Source: Hydrolagus affinis (lineage: Eukaryota). Taken from it: a stretch of 61,267 nucleotides of DNA. Numbering within the stretch: the stretch's first letter is position 1; each line of letters begins with the position of its first letter. The DNA lies in NCBI GenBank assembly GCA_012026655.1, contig JAAILG010001832.1, positions 1 through 61,267 of the forward strand. Direction: 5' to 3'. Positions 25,831-36,820 of the stretch are shown here, piece after piece. A model generated the notes under the pieces. That model was not told the origin of the DNA and did not search any database. It saw nothing but the letters and a program-made list of their open reading frames with translations. The position numbers were made by a program, and so were the translations under genes.

Positions 25831-27960
25831 ATGAAGCATGCCTGCTGAGTGAAGGGTGCTGTCATGATAGTAGGGATTGCCATTTTCTCCTCAAAGTGAA
25901 TTTTCCACCAGTTTATCAGGTGGCATTGGCAGCGATCCCCAGAGTCCATGCCCACAAGACAAATGTCATTGTGCCCCATTCTCCTTTACATTTCTTGAAA
26001 AAATAAAAATAAAAAATACTCACGAGGAACAGAAATTTTCTTTGTCATATCCTCATTTCTAACGCAAAATAAAAATAACTTCTCATGATAACTCACTCCC
26101 TCCCTCTCTCCAACCGCGAGGGCAATGGGAATTTTCCTTGAAGATCTGTGAACTCCGACTTATAAACTGTGAATCTTTCCAAGGGCACTTTGACCTTGCA
26201 TCAGAAAGATTATTGCAGTGTTAGGCCGAATAGCAGCTTTTCACAAACAAGTGATTTCTGCCATTTGTGTTGTATAAGAAAAAGAGAGAAGCTTGTATAT
26301 ATATTTTATTTATATAAGACTTTCAGGCCAGACTGTGAAGCGTCAGTAAGCAGTGCACAATAGAGTTAGGTTAGGAATAGGGATACATAGCTAATTTTCA
26401 ACTTGTACTTTGTGGGTTGGGTTTTCTGTGTGCAGGTGGCTCACCGCTGGGAGCAGAGCCTGGAGGGCAGGTTCCTGGTTTGCAACAAAGAGCTGAGATT
26501 ATTCAAACACTCAGCAGCGTGAATTAGATTCTAAAGTCCAACCGACTGTACTTTCAGCCACTCGGAAGAACGCTGCAACATGCTGAGAGCAAACCAGACA
26601 CTATGGTAACCACTTAAAGCTGGCTGTGCAGTTAGCAATAACTGTCTCTGTGTCCCATCATGGAGAGTGTGTTTGGTACTCTTTAAAACATTTTCCTCTG
26701 AGTTTCTATCTTCCCTTGAGTGCGTTGGCTGTTGCTGGGTTCAATCCAGGTGCTGACAGCCTCTGGTAGCTTGGTTGAGTGGCCACTACTCACGTTTGAG
26801 CCAAACAGTGAGGTGTTCATCCAACGGAGGGCATCAGAGTTGATTGAAATCCTGTTGCAACTCCCCCAACATTCACACACTAGCAGTTTTTAGCAAGTGT
26901 TTACATACAAGAAAGCAGGAACCCTGACTTCCCTAGGGTGTCTGAGGACAGTGTCGTTTCCCACTGCTTGCTGATGTCAGCAAACTCAATACAGGTCAGG
27001 GATTAAATGATGGTAGTAATAATAATAATTCTTACATTTGACGAAGCACCTTTCACATCAAGGGGACATCCCAAAGTACTTCTTGGGGTGTTGTTTTTTT
27101 TAACATGGAGGCACTGTGTATTTTGGTGAATTGAGCTACCAGAGGAGACGGGATCTTTTAGTTTTTTCGGTGCCGTTTATTGTTTTTGACATTTTGCAAA
27201 CGTTCTGCTGAAAGTTCCTATCAAAGATCGTGCTGTTCAAACACTTTGCCCGATAAGCCAGTAAATCATTTCTGAACTGATTGTGGTTACACTAGCTGTC
27301 TGTCGCCCTGCTGGAGAGTGCAGACTGTGTGGCTGAGTTGAGGCATTCCTGGCTGGTGACAATAGCTCCTTAAGCTCCGCCGCGGCTTCCTTCTCAAAGT
27401 GAAATTTTCACCAGTTTGACAAACCTTGCCAAAGGCTCTCTGAACAGTAATGAGAAAGGTCATGGGAGGGAAGAGGGGGGGAGGAGCTGATGTTGCAGCG
27501 TGTGAAATTGATCATACTGCCTTGTCTGTCATGTTAACGTGTTTTTGACCGAGCTCGATTCCTGGAAAAGCAAATGTCAAAAACTCTGCTTGAATCAGCC
27601 TTAAGACTTATTATCTCTGAGTCTACTTTTCTCCCCCCCCACCCCCATTTCACCCCCTCCTTCGATCAGTTGCTCAGCCAGTTGTTTGAAGCACTTTGAC
27701 ACGTGAAAATATTTGTAGATGCTACCCTCACCCTCACTATATAAATGCAAGTTGTTGTTGAAAGTGCTATTTCAATATAAATTGTATCAGAGTTTTACCA
27801 AATGGAACCTGCCAAAAAAAAGTTTCAATTCTACTAATTTAAAAAAATAAAAAGTAACAAAATGGTGAATGTGTAACCGGGCATCATTGCTGCTGCAGCA
27901 AATAACCTACACCTGTATTCACCCCATCATTTTCCCCCATTCACCCCAGAAACTATATCA

Positions 27961-28296
27961 TATAATAATCCTTGCATTTGATATAGTGCTTTTCACATCT
28001 TATCCCAAAGCGCTTCACAGAATATACTGTAAAGTGAATTGACTGTATATTTGTGGGCGAATCGCGGCAGCCAATTGCGCACAGCAGTGTCCCCACAAAC
28101 AGTCGTGGATGGAAATGACCAATTTATTATTGTGGTTTTTGGGGAGGGATTATTATTAGGCATGTGTGTGTGTGGAGTAAGGAAACTTGCCCAAGGTTTC
28201 GCCCTGACCTGCCTGGATTCAAACACAGGTCTCCCCAGCTTGGTCTCCTCAGTTTGCAAGACAATTGCTCTAACCACTGAGCCACAGGAGCTCCAC
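27961..28296 (-). mobile_element. Full-length tRNA-Deu SINE (subfamily with 14-bp head duplication)
   Basis: Near-identical to 1343-1684, including the GGTCTCCCCAGCTT duplication. Confidence 0.9.
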
Positions 28297-30159
28297 ATTA
28301 TATTATTATCCATAATACTTATACCCAGAAGCTGGCCACACAACTCACCAGCTCACAAAAATGCCATTGGGCTGACATTTACAAGATCACAAGATTGGTC
28401 TGGGTGAAGAAAGCCTTTTGGGCTATCTGATCTCATCCCTCTGAGTCTAGAAGACCCATTCTACCATCTCGTCATCTTCCCCCACCTACCCACCCATCAC
28501 TCCATCAAGCTGCTTTTTAAGCAATATCTTGGCCTCTGCCATCCTTCCTGGCAATTTTCTCCAGTCGTTGACGTACCCTCTGCACAAAGAAAGGCTATCT
28601 GGTATCTGTCCTGAAATTGCCCTTTAATACTCTAAAACCTATGTTGTCTTGTTCTACTGTCATGATACATCCCAATATATTGATCTGGGTTTACTTAAAG
28701 CAACATACTGTTTTGCTTAATTAAACCAGCATCCTGTTAACTGGCACTTTTGTGTGTGACAGGACTGGTTTCTGGGTTTTGGATGGGCTAGCTACTTAAG
28801 GAACCAGTCAATAATTTAACACATTAACTGGACATTTCCGTCAACGATGTTTAATTAGCACCATCAGTGTTAGATCAATTTTGGCGAATGGTTTTAACAC
28901 AGCAGCTGATCTGTACCAGCTAAATCCCACAATCTGTATTAAGGTGTACGACTGATTGATTGTCTTTTTGAAGAATATTTGCCAAGACACTGCTTTATTT
29001 CAAAATAGTGGCTTGGAATCTTTAATGTCCATTTGAACTCTTAGGACAGTCAACAACAACAAATTACATTTGTATCGTGCTTTTCTGGTTGGGAGGATGT
29101 CCCAAGACGCTGACAGACAGGATCTGAGTTTAACACCTCATGCAAAGGCAGGACTTTTGACAATAGAGCAGTTGCTCAGTGTGGCATTTTGGTGTGACAC
29201 TCGAACGCACAACTTTCTCAATTGAGCCAAACTGCAGCGAACAGTTGCTTTGTAATGTGACTCCTTCAGAAAACAGAGATGGGATCTAATTCTGAGAATT
29301 GCATTTTTTTTATCTTTCACATTCCTTTCAGTACGACAGGCTTGATTCACAAGGAGCCTTTCCCCTGGCTGGTGATGATGTGTAGCTTGTTTTTTTTACA
29401 TGGTCTGCTTATTGGATTGTGACTCTGGGTTTTGTAGTGTCTTTAAGCGTGTACAATTGCTCCTTGAGCCTTGGTAGCACTGAACTGTACAACAGTGACA
29501 CATTCTGTTTTGAATTGCTTTTTGTACCTGTTAAAAGGAGTCAGTGCTACTGTTGTACTTGCATCCAGCATGAAAGGCACTCTCAGGTAAGGTGTTGCAT
29601 TGGTTAGACTCAAAGTGAAGCCTCTCCATAAAGCCCCTACAATGCTCCATAAACTTGTCCTCGGAAATCTCCTCCTTTCAAGTGACACCTTAAATAATGA
29701 CATTTATATTTCTTGCACACTGTCATTGACTTTTCAATTTAACGCAACCCAACGTTGACTTATGGAAAGCTGTGCATAGTGGACAATCAACTAGTTAGTT
29801 AGGAGCTGAGTTAAAATTGACCATTCATTTACACTACGGACCCATGCAATAGACAGAAAGAGCAGTGGCCATGTACCTAGTCACCAGGCAATGAAAGGCA
29901 ATGTGGCAGCATGTATCCAGAAAGTAATGCCTTATTATTTGTATTATGTATAAAATCTGTTTCACATGGATGCAGCCTGGAGTTCCTGAATGAGCGTGTT
30001 GATAGGAACCGTTGTTTCATGTGTCACTGGATTCTATTTTGTGCCTCTTTATGCAACAAAAACAACTTGTAGCACAAGAGCTCCCATAATGGTATGGCCC
30101 CTCACTGCAGTTAGACTTGTGGATGTCCCACTGGTTCGGTTTCTGGTATGTGCAGGATT

Positions 30160-30315
30160 AACAACAACAAAATTACATTTGTATGTTTGACGTTGGGGGG
30201 ATGGCCCAAGGCGCTGGACAGTCAGTGTTTCGGACCCGAGCCAGGGTGGGAGTCAAAGAAGGTAGAGCAAAGTAGGGAGAAGAGGGTTGGTCAATGGCAC
30301 GGTCGAAGAGGTGGG
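30160..30315 (-). mobile_element. L2 3' end fragment
   Basis: (CAA)n, CAAGGCGCTGGACAGTCAGTGTTTCGGACCCGAGC, GGCACGGTCGAAGAGG. Confidence 0.75.
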
Positions 30316-30409
30316 TAAATACTCTGCATGTTCAGTGTGGTCTCATAAACCCTGGGCTGCAGAGGGGTAGAAATCTACTGAGGTAAAGCTGACCCCGTTC
30401 CTGAAAGCC

Positions 30410-30509
30410 NNNNNNNNNNNNNNNNNNNNNNNNNNNNNNNNNNNNNNNNNNNNNNNNNNNNNNNNNNNNNNNNNNNNNNNNNNNNNNNNNNNNNNNNNNN
30501 NNNNNNNNN
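30410..30509. other. Assembly gap (100 N), followed by a poly-C run
   Basis: Direct reading. Confidence 1.
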
Positions 30510-30691
30510 CCCCCCCCCCCCCCCCATCTACCATGGTATAACATGGCTGCATTGTATCAGTGAAGTACACTACTTAGCCTCTTGAGCATGGGCAGGCTAC
30601 CAAACCATGGAAGGTAGTGCAAATGAGCAATTCTCACTGCCAATAGACGATAAATTTTTTATCCATTTTCCTGGATAGCAGCAGAAATGTT

Positions 30692-30993
30692 AGGCGAGTT
30701 TCCTTACTCCGCACGCCTCTGTTTACCCAGCATTAAGTAGGAAACCAGTTGTTAGTCAATTATCAGATTGCTTTTCTGAGGGTAATAATCCCTTCAAAAA
30801 TAAATAAATAAATAAATGATCAGGACACTCAATTCACAACTGTTTATGGAACACTTCTGTGCACAATTGACTGCCGCGTTTTGTCCACAAAATATACAGT
30901 CAATTCACTTTACAGTATATTCTTTTAAGTCCTTTGAGACATCTCGAAGATGTGATAAGCCACTATATCAACCGCAAGGATTATTATTGCTAT
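30692..30993 (+). mobile_element. 5'-truncated tRNA-Deu SINE, long variant with ~60-bp internal segment
   Basis: AGTTTCCTTACTCCGCACGCCTCTGTTTACCCAGCATTAAGTAGG...AATAATCCC...Deu core...GCAAGGATTATTATT. Confidence 0.8.
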
Positions 30994-31618
30994 TAATAGC
31001 GCAGTCGCGATCCACTGAATGGCTCCCCTTTATGCAGAACGTTTCTGTGTTTCTCTATCTGGTGACAATCCGACATTGAAACTGCTTATTACTGTTGCAC
31101 TCCTGGGCAGGAACAATACACAGCGCAGACTTTGCCAGCAATCTGCCGCGATGAATTTGTTCATACTGCACGATGGTGCATTCTGGCCCAACTTGGATTA
31201 ACTGTCCTTTCCTTTCCTAATGTTTTTTTTGATTTTCCATTGGAAAACACTCATGTTCAAAGAGGGAGTCTCGACACCAGGCCTTTTTTTTTAACAAATG
31301 AAAGCGCTTCAAAGAATTATGATTAACTCCAATGCCGGCTGTCTCATTCTGTGTATATATTTTTTTAGTGAATATTTTTATAGACTAGAATGTTTGGAGG
31401 AATTCCAGAACCTGCTAGCATGAAGGAAGCTAATGTAACATCTGTGTGAGTGCAGTTTTTAAGGTAGTATTCTGCAGTGATCAATCATTTGCAATCGCAT
31501 TGGTTCAGCTCTCCTCTGCTGCTGAGTGTAGTAACTCCTCCTAGCCAGTTGTTACAAAGCGTTTGTCATTCAAACAAAAAACATTAATATCATCAACCAA
31601 ATTAAGCTGTAAAAGCAT

Positions 31619-32062
31619 GTCAGCCAAGCTCAGTTGGTGGAACTCTTACTCTCTCAAGGTTTCAAGCTCTATTTTGGGACATTAACCTCATAGACTAGGC
31701 TGACAATGCATAGCAGTGCTGGGAGAGCATTTATATTGTCAAAGGTGCTGCCCTTCGCTCAAGATAAACCAAGATCCTGTCTGCCTGCTCAGATGGATGG
31801 TAAAGATTCCATTGCACTATTTGAAAAGAGAGACAGAATTTTTTTTTGGTGTCCTGGCCATAATTCCCCATATAAATTTGGTCATTCGCTCCATGGCTAT
31901 TGGTGGGACATTGCTATGTGCAAACTGGCTATTGAATTTGCCTAGGAAATCCAAGGACACTAACTACACTCTTACCATAATCCTGTGAAACACTTTCAAC
32001 CATCCTCCCATGAAAGCTTACAGTGAAAGGCGATAATATATCAAATGCAGGATTATCACAAT
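31619..32062 (+). mobile_element. Old Deu-SINE, near full length
   Basis: GCTCAGTTGGTGG head; AAAGATTCCATTGCACTATTTGAAAAGAG; GGGACATTGCTATGTGCAAACTGGCT; ATCAAATGCAGGATT tail. Confidence 0.7.
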
Positions 32063-33519
32063 TATAAAAACGCAACACAGGATGTGTTAAAGTGAAATTG
32101 TACATCTCAGCTGGGATATTAGTGGAATGTGTATCGCGATATCTCTTTGTGTCAGAGGGGAAATAATGGGAGTCCCCCATTCCTGATCACCTTCTCATGC
32201 CCAGTGTAAGTCCAGTATTGTAAACAAATAATATAGACACAATTTTATTGAAGAGTGCTAGATAAATACAAGTTGTTGTTACGGAGCTGGAGTTTTGCTT
32301 CTGCTCTCCAGCTCTGCAAAATCAGTTTTTTCACCTTGTTTATATAGTCGGTCAGTACTGAGAGCAAATCCACAATGTAGAGGTGAGATCAGTGAAGAAA
32401 TCGGGGGATGATGAGGTGGTGAAGAACGAATCCAAAGTAGGATTTGGTTTAATTGTCAAAGCTAACATGAAAGAAATGTTAACAAGCAACACATTGCTGT
32501 ATTCTCATCCTCTGAGTATAATGACTGAAAGGCACTAAAACATACGGTTATCAAAGTGTATGTTGTATACAAAATCATTTGCATCTGAATAATTCAGAGG
32601 ATCATGCGTAGCCTATCGTAGTTTAATTATTAAGATTGTGATTTCTTTTCTGGACTCGTTGTATGCACAGTTAGCGATGACAGAAATGCCTAAAGGATTA
32701 CCACTGTTATATGGATTTTCCACATGGCTCTTGAGTAGAGGGCTCACTTGTAATCCTAGTACTGTATATGTTGCATTGCAAACAGCTTAGATACTGTAAG
32801 CTCTCAATATTTATGAACCTCTCAAGCCTTTTGAAAGTCTGGTACTCTGACTAGCAGAGAATAAACACTCTGGGAGACTGGCTGGCATGGAGGGTGCTAT
32901 ATAAATGCAAGTTGTTGTTGTAGGCAACCTGATCTGCGAGTATCAGAAAATCTATCTGTAATTTTTTCAATATTATAGCTATATTAATAATCCTAATAAG
33001 ACTTTTATTTTTACCAGTGAGTTTCAGCCAGTATACCCTGAACCGTTTGAACTCCCTGCCCTCTATCCCTCTGCCCCCGCTCCCTCTTTATTTGTTTTCA
33101 AATTGCACATGAAGATATTTCCTCTTCGTCCGCACTTATGGGTAACCTCCTCTCTTCCTGGGCTCCCAGCAAGGGAGAGAGGGAAGGTTAGCGTAGGCCT
33201 GATAGCCAGCTAACAGTGAACTATCTCATCTGAAGGGAGAGCTGTGAGATCCTGACTTAAACTGGCATCTGCACCTTTTTACCTCTTGCACTGGTGAATG
33301 GCAGCAATCAGGAGTGGGAACCCTGTCTGATTTTCTCTCCCAAACCCACGGTGCTAAGTCATTACAGCCCTGATCAGGAAACTCGGAACAGACTGACAGT
33401 GAACTTAGGAGGCATTTGCTGGAAGTAAACTATTGCCAGGATTGTTATCTTATATATGTGTATCTGTGGCTATTTGAGAGTGAATAGACGTTGGTGTTAA
33501 CAAAGGCTTCTTCTTTTAG

Positions 33520-34763
33520 TTACAGGGTTCCATAAAGAGGAAGCTAGAAGGAAACAGTTCACCTGTCAGAACTGACAGACAAAATGGCATCTCAGATGGG
33601 GTTTTCACGATGGACATTAAGAGAATGCGAGTGGACGACGGCAGTCTTGCAGTGAGCCAAAGTGGGCATCCACTCAGCAATGGGCAAGGCCAAACGATGC
33701 AGGGCTCAGTCACTATGGGACCTGGGACCCAAGGGAAAGACAGTGGCTTGATAGGAAGCACCCAAGCCAATGGTGGAGATATAAGTTCTGGCTTCAGCAT
33801 GCCACTCAACAAGGAGATGAAACAGGAGCCAGTGGAGAGTGTCTCTTGCAGTGAGCATATAAGCAACCCAATCTCCAACAGTATGTTATTCGATTCCAAA
33901 GATGATATAGGAATGCACTTATTCGATCCGGATTTGCAGGATTTGTTTGATGAACTGACAAACATGTCGGGGGTGCCTCCACTGAGTGACATTGACTTGG
34001 ACAACATGTTGAACCCAAGCATCAGGAACGAGGAATCGTTCACCATGGACCTCGTGCAGCAAAGCCAGAGCAGTGTGGCAAAACCTCCCTCGCAGTTGGA
34101 AAACACTGTGGTAAAAACGGAGTACTCGCCGGGTTTCACTCAGGCGCCCGTAGGGTCACCCCAAGTGAGGCCCCCGTCTGCAGGACCACCGTATTCCATG
34201 GCCAATCCAGCCATATCGGTTCCGTCGCCCATCTCCTCGACGCCTCAAACTAAGAACCAACCGCAGCAAGCTTTGAAGTCCGCCGCCAACCGAGGCTTGT
34301 CCAACTGGTACGACCTGTCTCACGCGCAGCAGCTGAAAAAGATTGCGGACAATCGGCAGCAGCACGCCATGCTGCAGCACCAGCAACAAAATCAGGCAGC
34401 GAACTGGCCGCCTGCTCCACCGTCAGGCCCTGCTCCAGGAAGCTTTGGCCAAGAGAAGATCACTAGTCCCTCCCTCCACCAACAACCCTTCAGCCCCCAG
34501 AGCGCAATGCTCACCGGGGTGTCCACCAACAGCAGCCAGACAAAAACCATCAATAACCACCTCTACAAGGCTCCCCAGACTGGCCTCATGATTCACCCGC
34601 AGACACACGGCATCAACCGTAGCCTGATGAATCCCAATCCCGCATCGCCAGACCAGTTCTCGTACAATAACACCAAGCCTTTGTCTCACTTTGACCCGGA
34701 GCCAGGACAGCAGATCTCTACCATGTTGGGAGCCCAGAACAAATCTTCTGTGTTGCATTACAC

Positions 34764-34794
<31 letters not shown>

Positions 34795-34968
34795 CCTGCG
34801 CCGATGCAGCAGCAGCCTCCGCCCTCACAGCCGGGGCATCTCCAGAATCAGGCCCTACAGCGAGCGCAGGCCATCCCTATAGCACTGCAACAGAAGCTAC
34901 TGCTACAGAAGATGCAGCAAAACCAACAGCCTTCAGGACTGCAATATTCACTGCCCCAACACCGGCAG
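33520..34968 (+). CDS. MAML2: Mastermind-like protein 2, large internal coding exon (orthologous to human exon 2), 1449 bp, phase 0-0
   Basis: Acceptor ttcttcttttAG (33518-33519), then TTA CAG GGT TCC ATA AAG AGG AAG = LQGSIKRK, in frame with the 33610 ORF. Donor CAG|GTAAGG at 34968/34969. The translation matches remembered MAML2 motifs (DIKRMRV, LFDPDLQDLFDELTN, KTEYSPGFTQAPVGSPQVRPPSAGP, SHAQQLKKIADNRQQHA, GQEKITSPS, NTKPLSHF, QNKSSVLHYTQQQ) better than MAML1 or MAML3. Confidence 0.93.
34765..34791 (+). repeat. (CAG)9 coding polyglutamine tract in MAML2
   Basis: Pure CAG x9 encoding YT-Q9-PP. Confidence 0.95.
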
Positions 34969-34995
34969 GTAAGGGATCCTATTTCAAAACTCTCC

Positions 34996-35063
34996 GCACA
35001 CAGAAAAAAAAACGTTATCTATCTATCCATCTATCCATCTATCCATCTATCTATCTATCTATC
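34996..35063. repeat. (CTAT/CCAT)n tetranucleotide microsatellite just downstream of the exon donor
   Basis: Direct reading. Confidence 0.9.
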
Positions 35064-35230
35064 TGCCTTCCCTTCCCTTTCAAAGATACACAATGCTCTG
35101 TGTATGTGTTTATATATAATGTATATTTTAAGTTAGTGCAAGTTTCAATCGATGGCAATTTGTATGTATGTGGCACCCTTTATACAAGATAGTGTCAGGA
35201 AGTACCGAATCATGATTGAGTTTGTGTTTC

Positions 35231-35713
35231 ATAGAATCGTAGAATTTTACAGCACAAAAGGAGGCCATTCAGCCTATCGAGTCTATGCCAGCTCTTTGAA
35301 AAGAGCTGTTCAAAGTCAGTCCCACTCCCTGGCTCTCTCCCCATAACCCCACAAACCCATCCTTCCCAAATAACCATCCACCTCTCTTTTAAAAGTTATC
35401 GAATCGGCCTCCCAACACCCTTTCAGGAAATGCATTCCAGATTCGAACAACTCGCTGAGTGAGTGAAAACCTTTCTCCTCACCTCCCCTCCGCTTCTTTT
35501 AGAAACTATTTTAAATCTGTGACCTCGAGTCACTGACACAACCACCAGCGGAAACAGTTTTCCCCTGTTTGCCCTATCGAATCCCCTCATGATTTTGAAA
35601 ACCTCTATCAGGTCTCTTCATAACCTCCAATGAGAATAATCCTAGCCTTTCCTCCTAACCAAAGTCTCTCATTCCTGGTGCCATCCTGGTAAATCTCCTC
35701 TGCACCCTTCCAG
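35231..35713 (-). mobile_element. CR1 LINE 3' fragment (same family as 3637-4160)
   Basis: GGAGGCCATTCAGCC 3' motif; CCATCCTGGTAAATCTCCTCTGCACCCTTCC is the reverse complement of the RVQRRFTRM coding segment. Confidence 0.85.
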
Positions 35714-36526
35714 CCGAGCGAGTGGTGTGTCAACCTCAGTTTATTGGTCTCATCCGGAGAACGGCTCCGCCAACAATGCAATGCTCCCCAGCATAGCATT
35801 GGAATGTCAGCCAAGATTGTGAGTTCGAAGTCCCGACATGAATGAGGCTGCATACCGAACCAGGCTGACAAATAATTTGGAGAGATTAAAGTAAATAAAT
35901 TGTTAATAATTCAACTTGCATGAGTCACCACTCATTTTGTAATACACAGCTTTACATAATGCCCTGTGTGGAAGTACCTGTATTCTATACAGGAGATGTA
36001 CTTATATTTTTGGTTGACTGTGGTGATAATTATACATGTACCTCAGCAGGACTTTGAATTTATTTCAACAAAACTGCGGTATTTACTTGTTCCACGGCAT
36101 CTCACCATGTCACTGAATGTTAGCAAATCTGAAAAGTACATGTTTGGACCAACAAATCTATCACTTGTATAAATGGGAAGAGTTAAGGTGGCTGCATCCT
36201 TTGATGTTGAAAGATCAGATGTATTTAAATTATGCTAACATACAGGCTTGTTGGGAGGTTTGTGAATGGCTGACAATCTGTCTGCTAGAAATTGAATGAA
36301 AATGACAATTTGGAAATCCAAGCCTGTGCTTGAATACGGCAATTGCCCAATCCCACTCCACTGAGGTGTACTTTTATGTTGTCTGCAGTTATACTCTTCT
36401 GACTTCCTGACAAAGGAAAAACATAGCCTTCATAAATGAATAACAATAAATAATCCTTACATTTGGTATATGGCACCTTTCATGTCGAGAGGACATCTCA
36501 AAGCACTTCACCAGATATACTATGAA

Positions 36527-36820
36527 GTAGAGTCCTGCAGCTCACTGGTTAGAGCAGTCGCCTTACAAACAAGAGATTTGAGTTCGATTCCAGGCAGGGC
36601 GAAACCTTGTGCAAGCTTCCTTACTCCACACGCCTGATAATAATCCCTCAAGAAAAACAATAATAAATTGGTCATTTCAATCCACGACTGTTTGTGGGAC
36701 ACTGCTGTGCGGATTCGGCTGCTGCGTTTCGCCCACAAATATGCAGTACAGTTTATAGTGTATTCTGAAGCGCATCGAGACATCTAGAAAATAGCAAATG
36801 CAGGGATTATTATTATTATT
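36527..36820 (+). mobile_element. Full-length tRNA-Deu SINE nested in an antisense older SINE (36445-36850)
   Basis: Head GCAGCTCACTGGTTAGAGC, B box GTTCGATTCC, (ATT)n tail; the host resumes as GTGGAGCGATTGTATATTTG. Confidence 0.85.

Noticed and set aside
33516-34758. Antisense ORFs (207 aa, 111 aa and others) over the MAML2 exon
   Set aside because: Shadow ORFs of a GC-rich coding exon with no independent protein signature
34969-35136. C-terminal extension of the 508-aa ORF (VRDPISK...IYLSIYPSIHLS)
   Set aside because: Read-through past a canonical GTAAGG donor into an intronic (CTAT)n microsatellite. The ATG at 33610 is likewise internal to the exon, not a start codon.
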